From Prorocentrum cordatum (taxonomy: Eukaryota), in contig CAUYUJ010000333.1 in the NCBI GenBank assembly GCA_963575745.1, positions 62,001 through 115,237 of the forward strand: a stretch of DNA of 53,237 nt. Reading direction: 5' to 3'. Of the stretch, positions 1 to 53,237 are shown in pieces. The position numbers were made by a program, and so were the translations under genes. Every line of letters starts with the position of its first letter. Position 1 is the stretch's first letter. Below the pieces are notes generated by a model. That model was not told the origin of the DNA and did not search any database. It was given only the letters and a program-made list of their open reading frames with translations.

Positions 1-657
1 CCTTTCATCCTCTCCCTCCCTACTCCTCTCCTCCTCCTCCCCCCCCTGCTCTCTCCTCCTCCTTTCCACCACCTCCTCCTCATCCTCCCTCCTCCTCCGC
101 CTCCCTCCCCCCCTCCTCCTCCTCCTACTCCTCTCTCCTCCTCCTCCTCTCCTCCTCCTCCTTCCTTCCTCCTCTCCTTCCCCCCTCCTCCTTCCCTCCT
201 CCTCCTCCTCACCTCCCTCCTCCTCCTCTTCCTCCTCCCTCCTCCTCCTCCTCCTCATCCTCCTCCTCCTCCTCCTCCTCCTCCTCCTCCTCCGCTCTCC
301 TGCCTCTCTCTCACGCCCCCTCTTCCTCCTCCTCCTCCTCGAGCCGCGTCTCCCCATGTGGTCGCTACTCCTCCTCCTCCAGCGCGTGGGGAAGGAGGAG
401 GGGGAGAAGAGGGGAGAGGACGAGGACGAGGACGAGGACGAGGAGGACGAAGACGAGGAGGAGGAGGAGGAGGAGGGGGGGCGGGGGGAGGACGGGGGCG
501 CAGGAGCGGGAGCAGCAGGAGGATCCCACCCCTGCCCTGTGCTACACCTCCTCCCCCCTCCTGCCCCTGCTGCCGCCTCTCCTCTCGTGCCGCTCCTCTT
601 CTCCCAGGGTCGTCCGGCCCACGGGCGCGTGCCCCACGGGCGCCTGCCACGCGACAG

Positions 658-46885
<46,228 letters not shown>

Positions 46886-47399
46886 TAGGGACGCCGCTTC
46901 GCCACCGCACCCAGAGAGGGCCCGGCTCCTTCCTTGTTAGCCGTCGCGCGCACGGCCGCGGGCATTTTTGGACGGGCCGGCGAGTGGCAGCCACGTTGGC
47001 GCTCCAAAGTGTGTGTGTGTGTGTGTGTCGGTGTGTGTCTGTGTGTGTCTGTGTGTCTGTGTCTGTGTGTGTGTGTGTCTGTGTGTGTCAGTGTGTCTGT
47101 GTGTGTGTGGGTGTGTTGGATTTTCGCCCAAGCGTGTTCCGGGTTAGCGCTTCGCGACGGTGCCATTCTTTCGACGTTTGAGGAACACGTATGTGTTTGT
47201 GTGTGTGCGTGTGTGGTTGTGCAACGTCGGGTGGAGTCAGTTGGCGCTAGACGTGCCCCGACTTCGCTCTCTCGTTGCAGTGACGTCGCTCGGCCGCTGG
47301 AGGGGAAAAATGGTCGTGCGCGCATGTGTGTGTGTGTGTGTGTGTGGTGTTTTGTGTGTGTGTGTGTGTGTGTGTTAGTTAGTTATCCTAGCCAGGCCG

Positions 47400-48325
47400 T
47401 GTATCAACATGCATGTCTGTATGTACGTATGTGTATGCATGTACGTACGTATGTACTCTTGTGTGTATGTATGTATGCATGCACGCACGTATGTATGTGC
47501 GCATGCATGCGTGCATGTCTGTACGTATGCATCTCTGTATGTATGCATGCGTGCATGCATGCATGCGTGCATACATTAATGTATGTGTGTATGTATGCGT
47601 GCAGGTACACATGAGTATATGTATGCATGCGTGTATGCTTGTATGTCGATTTATGTATGTATGTATGCATGCGTGCATGTATGTATGTACGCATACATGT
47701 ATGTATGCATGCACGTAAGTTTGTGTGTATGTATGCATGCATGTATGTATGTATGCATGCATGCATATATGCATGTAGACGTGTTTGTGCATGTATGTTG
47801 TGCATGCGTGTGTTTGTATGTATGTATGCATACATATATATATATATATATGCATGCATGCATGCATGTATGTATGGAAGTATAGATGTATGTATGCATG
47901 CATGTATGTATGCATGTAGACGTATTTGTGCATGTACGTATGTATGTATGCATGTCTGTTCGCATGTGTCCATGCATGCATGATTGTGTGTAATCATGCA
48001 TGTATGTATGTATGTATGTATGTATGCATGCATGCATGCATGCATGCATGCATGCATGTATGTATGTATGTATGTATGTATGTATGTATGTTTATATGTA
48101 TGTATGCAGGTGCATGTATGCATGCATTCAGGTATGTATGTACGTATGCATGTGTGTACGTATGCATGTGTGTATGTACACATGTACGTATGTATGTATG
48201 TATGCATGCATGTATGTATGTATGTATGTATGTAGGTAGGTATGTATGTATGTATGTATGTATGTATGTATGTATGTATGTATGTATGTATGTATGTATG
48301 TATGTATGTATGTATGTATGTATAT
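47400..48325. repeat. (TATG)n/(TGCA)n tetranucleotide tract preceded by (TG)n
   Basis: Read directly. Confidence 0.95.
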
Positions 48326-48503
48326 ATTTAGATATGATATACTCATTTGTTTCTTGCTGACTATCTCTTTCTCTATCTCTCTCTCTATATATATATGTAT
48401 CTATTCTCGTGTGTGTGTGTATGTGGTGTTTGCGCGCGCTGGCGGGTGTCTGTCCGTCCGCCCGCCCGTCTCTCCTGGCGACGCCCGCCCGCGTGGCGGC
48501 CAG

Positions 48504-48545
48504 GTCAGCAGCACCTTCACGACCTGCGGCACCCCCATGTACATG
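48504..48545 (+). CDS. Kinase exon: activation segment [14 protein letters not shown]
   Basis: ccag|gtcagc...tacatg|gcgcgg; 42 nt; GC donor; GC3-rich codons. Confidence 0.88.
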
Positions 48546-51500
48546 GCGCGGCCCCCGCGGCGAGAGCCTCCGGGGAGGACGAGGAGGAGGAGGGAGCAGG
48601 AGGAGGAGGAGGGAGGAGGAGGAGGGAGGAGGAGGAGGAGGAGGAGGAGGAGGAGGAGGAGGAGGAGGAGGAGGAGGAGGAGGAGGAGGACGTTGACGAG
48701 CCTGGGCAGCCGGGCGTGCATTCCGAGAACGAGAAGGTGCCCATACCGCTACCCCTCCCTCGCTTTCGCCTTCCTGGGCCTCCCGGGAGGCCCTCGTCGC
48801 CACGGCTGGATGCACTCCAGAGTGCTGGCCAGGGAGCATCCCAGGAGAGGTCTGGGTAGCGGTATCGGTGCCTTGCAGGCAGCTCAGGCGAGTCATGTCG
48901 CGTGGCGCGGAGGAGGATGAGACGGGGGAGGTGCAGGAGTAATTGGTGTTGCGGCTTGTGCTGGCTTTTTGGCTGCGGTGGGCAAGATTTCGGTGTGGGA
49001 GCTGCGGTGGTCGGCGGTGTTGACGGCAAGGGCGGCCGCTAGTGACTGGCAGCGGAGGACTTCTTCCCCTTTTCCCCTTCTGCACCTCTTGTTCCTCCCT
49101 CTCTGGCAGTCTCTAGGTGCTCCAGAGACTTTGGAGGTCCCCAGAGACTTCCGTAGACCTCGGGGGCCCGAGAATTTTACCAAACGCGTCCGAAATCTTT
49201 TCTCTTGAACGCGCCAGGCTCGGAGCAACCGCCGCGAACGCGGGGCCGGCCAGCGGGCCGTCGAAATTGCGAAGCCGCCTCACGCCTGCGCCCAGAAACC
49301 ATGGGGGATGGGGCGGGGGAGCCCAAGAGAGCCCTGGGAAAAACACCCTTCACGAACGCAAAGCCCCCTCAGAAGAGTCGATAACAGTTTCAGGGCTGGA
49401 AGGGAGCTGTTTTCAACATATTCCTCTCGGCTTAGTGCCGTGCGCATTCGCCTGAAACATTCGCAACAGTTTCGTCACAGTTTCAGGGATGGAGGGAGGG
49501 TCGTTTTCAAAATGTTACTGTCCCTTTCATTGCCGCGCACATTCGTTTTCAACGGTTGCAGCAGTTTCAGGGTTGGAGGGGGGGTCTTCGAAATTGGGCT
49601 CTCGCCCCAGTGCCGCGCGCATTTTTCAAACGCTTGCAATGAGTTTTTTGTTTTTGTTTTTTTGTTAAATGGCGTGGTCGCATTCGCGCCGCGCACAGTT
49701 TTTTGTGTCAGTATCTTGCAGCAGTGAACATGAATGGACGACAGCTCTTGTCCGACATGCACGAACTTCAGCACGAGTAGCACTGCACGGATCGATGGCC
49801 GTTCCTTTTCAAAATGGGGCTCCTCCTCCTCCTCCTCCTCCTCCTCCTCCTCCTCCTCCTCCTCCCTCCCTTGAGATTCCCTCGAGGTTTATGGAGAGAG
49901 GTGTCATTTCGTGCAACATTTGCACGGGTGGGGTCAGGAGGGGACAAAACCCACAGATACAATTAGTCGTCGACTCCCCGGAAAATATGGGAAAATATGG
50001 GATGTGAGGGGGAAGTCGCAAACCCATAACATAAAGAAAATATGGGGATTCCTGGGATTTGTGTGTATTTATTTGTCTGTCCCTGGGCCCCTTCATGGGG
50101 GTTGGTCTTTTCTCGTCAGGGGGGATCCCGCTGGACACCTCGCGGAGTGGTATGATTTTTTGGTTGCGTTCCTGGGTTACTGGTCGTTCAAAGGGGGGCG
50201 CTTCTCACAGTGAGAAGGAAGGCTATGGGGCACTTGTGAGGAGGGAGTTCGGACGAGAGGGTCATTGCAGCATCGCTGATGCATCTCGGGTCTACTTTGA
50301 TCCTCTTCCTCATCCTTTCCCTCCTCCCCCTCCTCGTCCCCCTTCCTCCCCACCCTCTACCTCATCTTTTTCTTCTCCTCCTCCTCCTCCTCTTCCTCCT
50401 CCTTCCTCTCCTTCCTCTCCTCCCTCTCCTCCCTCTCTCCCTCCCTCTCCTCCTCCTCCGCCTTCTCCTCCGCCTCCGCCTCCTCCTCCTCCTCCTCCAC
50501 CTTATCTTCTTCCCTCCTCCTCCTACCATGCACTCGATTCCTCCTCCTCCTCCTCCTCCTCCTCCTCCTGCTCCCCCCCTTCGCTCCCCCTCCTCTCGCC
50601 CGCGCGGGGGGCGACCAACGCAGGCGCCCGAGGTGGTGGCCGGCATCGGCCACAACCGCGCGGCGGACAGACCCGTGGGGGGGGAGAAGGAGGAGGAGGA
50701 GGAGGAGGAGGAGGAGGAGGAGGAGGAGGAGGAGGAGGAGGAGGAGGAGGAGGAGGAGGAGGATGGGGAAGTGATGCAACATAATAGAGAGGAGGGAAGG
50801 ACAGGAAACAATGGGCGGAAGGAGGAGGAGGAGGAGGAGGAGGAGGAGGAGGAGGAGGAGGAGGAAGAGGGCGGATCGGGGATCACCGGCAGGGCGCAGG
50901 GGTGGCGGGGTCGTCGCCATGGGGGAGGCGGGTCCCGAGGGAAACGGGCCCTGAGATTTGTCGCCGTTTTCGGTCCTTCGGGGCCCTCCACGGGCCCCAG
51001 GACCGTCAGAGAGCGGCTCGGGACGAAGAACTCGTCCTGGGGGAAGGCCCCAGGGTCCAGGACTCGTTTCCCTCAGAACCCGCTTCTCCCATGCTAAGGT
51101 CGGCTTTGCGCGGCAAGAGGGAGAGAGAGAGAGAGAGAGAGAGAGTTGAAAAGGTACGCACGCACGCATCCCGCCCCCCCGTGGGGCCCAGTGCTGCCAA
51201 GTGCAGCCTTATCAGGCCCAGCCGAGCCCCATCCGGCTCAATCCGTTGTTCCTTCGGGCTGAAGCTGGCGCCTGCAACATGGCGCACGCTCGGGTTCGAC
51301 ACGGCCTTCTGGCTTTTTCATCCAGCCTAGTAGTCTTCAGTTTTCCCGCGAGAGTTGCCTCCTGACCTTCTCCAGGGCCGTGGCGCGAGGGCGCGAAGAC
51401 CTGAAGATCGACATTGCGACAAAATTCCAATGTTGCGAGAAATCACGACCTGAACCCCACCTGTCTGCGCCATTTTTTCAGCTGGATCGATTTGTGATGG

Positions 51501-53095
51501 CCCCTGGGCCCGGAAGCAGACGGAAACGCGCACTGTGAAGCAACTGCAGCGATCGGACCTCAGGGTCCCAGACGTGCGAGGGTCCCAGACATGCGACATC
51601 CAATACGCGGTCCCCAGAAGTCCCGACCCTTTGTCCAGGGCTGGTTTTCTCATCCCGATTTTTTTTTTTTTGACGGCCCCGGGGCCCAGCGAGGTCCCCA
51701 AATGGCCGAGAACGGCCAACAACTGCCCGAAAACGGACGCGGACCTCAGGGGATGCCTCTCTGTCTGTCTGCCCGCCTGCCTGCCTGCCTCTCTTTGCTC
51801 TCTGTCGCTCTGTCGCTCTGCCTCTCTCTCGTCTTGATTTGCCTTCGGTGCCCCCTCCGCTCGGGTGCACCCGCCTGGCACCGGCACCTGGTGCCGCGCC
51901 CGCCCCACCTGCGGGCGCACGGCGGGCTCCGAGGAGGAAGCGGGCGTGGAGTCCTCTCCCTCTCTCTTCTTGATTTGCTTTCGGTGCCCCCTTCGCTCGG
52001 GTGCACCCGCCTGGCACCGGCACCTGGTGCCGCGCCCGCCCCACCTGCGGGCGGACGGTGGGCAAGAGGAGGAAAAGCGGGCGTGGAGTGGCAGGCCGGC
52101 TCCCCCGGGACGGGGCCCGAGCAGGTGGGGGCGGAGGAGCGCGCCGCAGATCGCCGGAGGGAAAAAACACACAGACACAATGAATCGTCGATTCCCCGGA
52201 AAATATGGGGAAATATGGGAAGGGGGGGGGAAGACAGACAGCAAGAAAATATGTGAAGATATGGGGAATCTTTTTATTTGTGTGTATTCATTTGTGTGTC
52301 CCAGGGCCCCTTCAATATCGCCGATGCATTTTGCGATGCGGCCCCATGTGGAGCCCGGGTTTCCCCACGCCGGCGCCGCCGATGCACCGCCGATGCACCG
52401 CCGATGCACCGCCGATGCATCGGCGACGCAATGGCGGTGCGGCGCGATCCTCCGACCCCAGCTGCCCCGACCCCCTCTGGGAGGCCTCTGCCCCAGCCGC
52501 GCCCCAGGCGCGCAGGCGGGCAGGGGGCCCCCGAAGAGAGACCTGACGGGCCCGCTCCCGGAGGCCTCTCCGGGGGAGACCCCCCCCCCGGGCATGGCCA
52601 CGGGGCGCCCGGCGCAGCGCAGGAGACCAGGGGGCCTGGCACACCAGCCCCGCCCAAACCTGAAGGGCCGGCCACGACGAAGACAACGACGACGACAGAC
52701 GACGACAATGGCCACGACCACGGGCATCCCGGGCATCCTATGTCACCCGATCCGTCTCTGCCCCTCTCTTTCTCCCTGCTCCCCTTTACACTGAGGATCC
52801 ATGACATGGGTACGTGGTAGCGCGTGAATCTGTCCTGAGCTTTCCAGAACGCTCTGAGAGCGTTCTCGAGCGCTCCAGAATGGCCGCGCAGCCCGACATG
52901 GGAGTCTGGAGACCCGCCGAACATGGGAGATTCCAGATTTCTCTTCACCCGAATTTATCGCCATCCTGCCTGCGTCTTCGCGCCAAGGCTTTGCGAGACA
53001 GGCCGTGCACCGCGAGCGGGGGGAGGAGTGGCCGCCGCGCGGTGCTGCCAGGACTGGTGGTCGCTGGGCGTCCTGATCTTCGAGCTGATGGCCGG
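48504..53095 (+). CDS. Partial multi-exon AGC-family Ser/Thr kinase (PKG/PKA-like), subdomains VIII-IX; continues beyond the window
   Basis: Exons 48504-48545, 50624-50665 and 53052-~53095 each follow CAG and join in phase 0 to [43 protein letters not shown]. The T-T-C-G-T-P-x-Y-x-A-P-E and [12 protein letters not shown] motifs are typical of PKG/PKA-type kinases. Confidence 0.88.
49335..49815 (-). repeat. Family C, reverse partial copy in a kinase intron
   Basis: gccgcgcacattcgttttc and gatggagggagggtcgttttcaaaatgt are reverse complements of the subrepeat. Confidence 0.6.
49946..50092 (+). repeat. ~145-bp dispersed repeat (second copy at 52162-52312)
   Basis: Shared tcgtcga.tccccggaaaatatggg.aaatatggga ... 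tttgtgtgtatt.atttgt.tgtccc.gggcccc. Confidence 0.75.
50624..50665 (+). CDS. Kinase exon: [14 protein letters not shown]
   Basis: gcag|gcgcccgag...gcggcg|gacaga; 42 nt; GA donor; supplies the APE motif in frame with both neighbours. Confidence 0.88.
51832..52053 (+). repeat. Local direct duplication, period 136 bp
   Basis: tcttgatttgc.ttcggtgcccc.t.cgctcgggtgcacccgcctggcaccggcacctggtgccgcgcccgccccacctgcgggcg at 51832 and 51968. Confidence 0.85.
53052..53095 (+). CDS. Kinase exon: [15 protein letters not shown] (helix F)
   Basis: ccag|gactggtggtcgctgggcgtcctgatcttcgagctgatggccgg; the 3' boundary is uncertain by a few nt (GA or GC donor). Confidence 0.88.
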
Positions 53096-53237
53096 GAGCG
53101 ACGCCCGCAGCCGAGCCTTCTGCGCCGATGGCCCGCTGGCGCGCGAGCGGGGGGACCGAGGAGGATGAGGAGGAGGAGGAGGAGGAGGAGGAGGAGGAGG
53201 AGGAGGAGGAGGAGGAGGAGGAGGAGGAGGAGGAGGA

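Noticed and set aside
51327..52794. Overlapping 469-aa and 309-aa ORFs
   Set aside because: They lie inside a kinase intron, consist of local duplications and dispersed repeats, and are explained by GC-rich stop scarcity.

Overview
Eukaryotic, GC-rich, very repeat-dense genomic DNA with two 100-N assembly gaps (7539-7638, 37516-37615). The architecture (tiny exons 1-10 kb apart, GC/GA as well as GT donors, kb-long imperfect (ATG/CAT)n and (GGA/CCT)n tracts) suggests a dinoflagellate such as Prorocentrum; this is inference, not a database match. Almost all long ORFs in the supplied track are microsatellite artefacts. The clearest coding signal is three ~42-nt + strand exons (48504-48545, 50624-50665, 53052-~53095) that splice in frame to [43 protein letters not shown], subdomains VIII-IX of an AGC-family (PKG/PKA-like) kinase. 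Upstream, a tentative chain of about 13-15 + strand micro-exons (658 to ~46885) can be joined in phase into an unrecognised protein. I found no kinase N-lobe or catalytic-loop exons, so this is either a natural chimera or a mis-join. The introns hold several small TIR elements with apparent 3-6 bp target-site duplications, dispersed repeat families and tandem arrays (431-bp, ~850-bp and ~100-bp units). I found no rRNA, tRNA, spliced leader or CRISPR.
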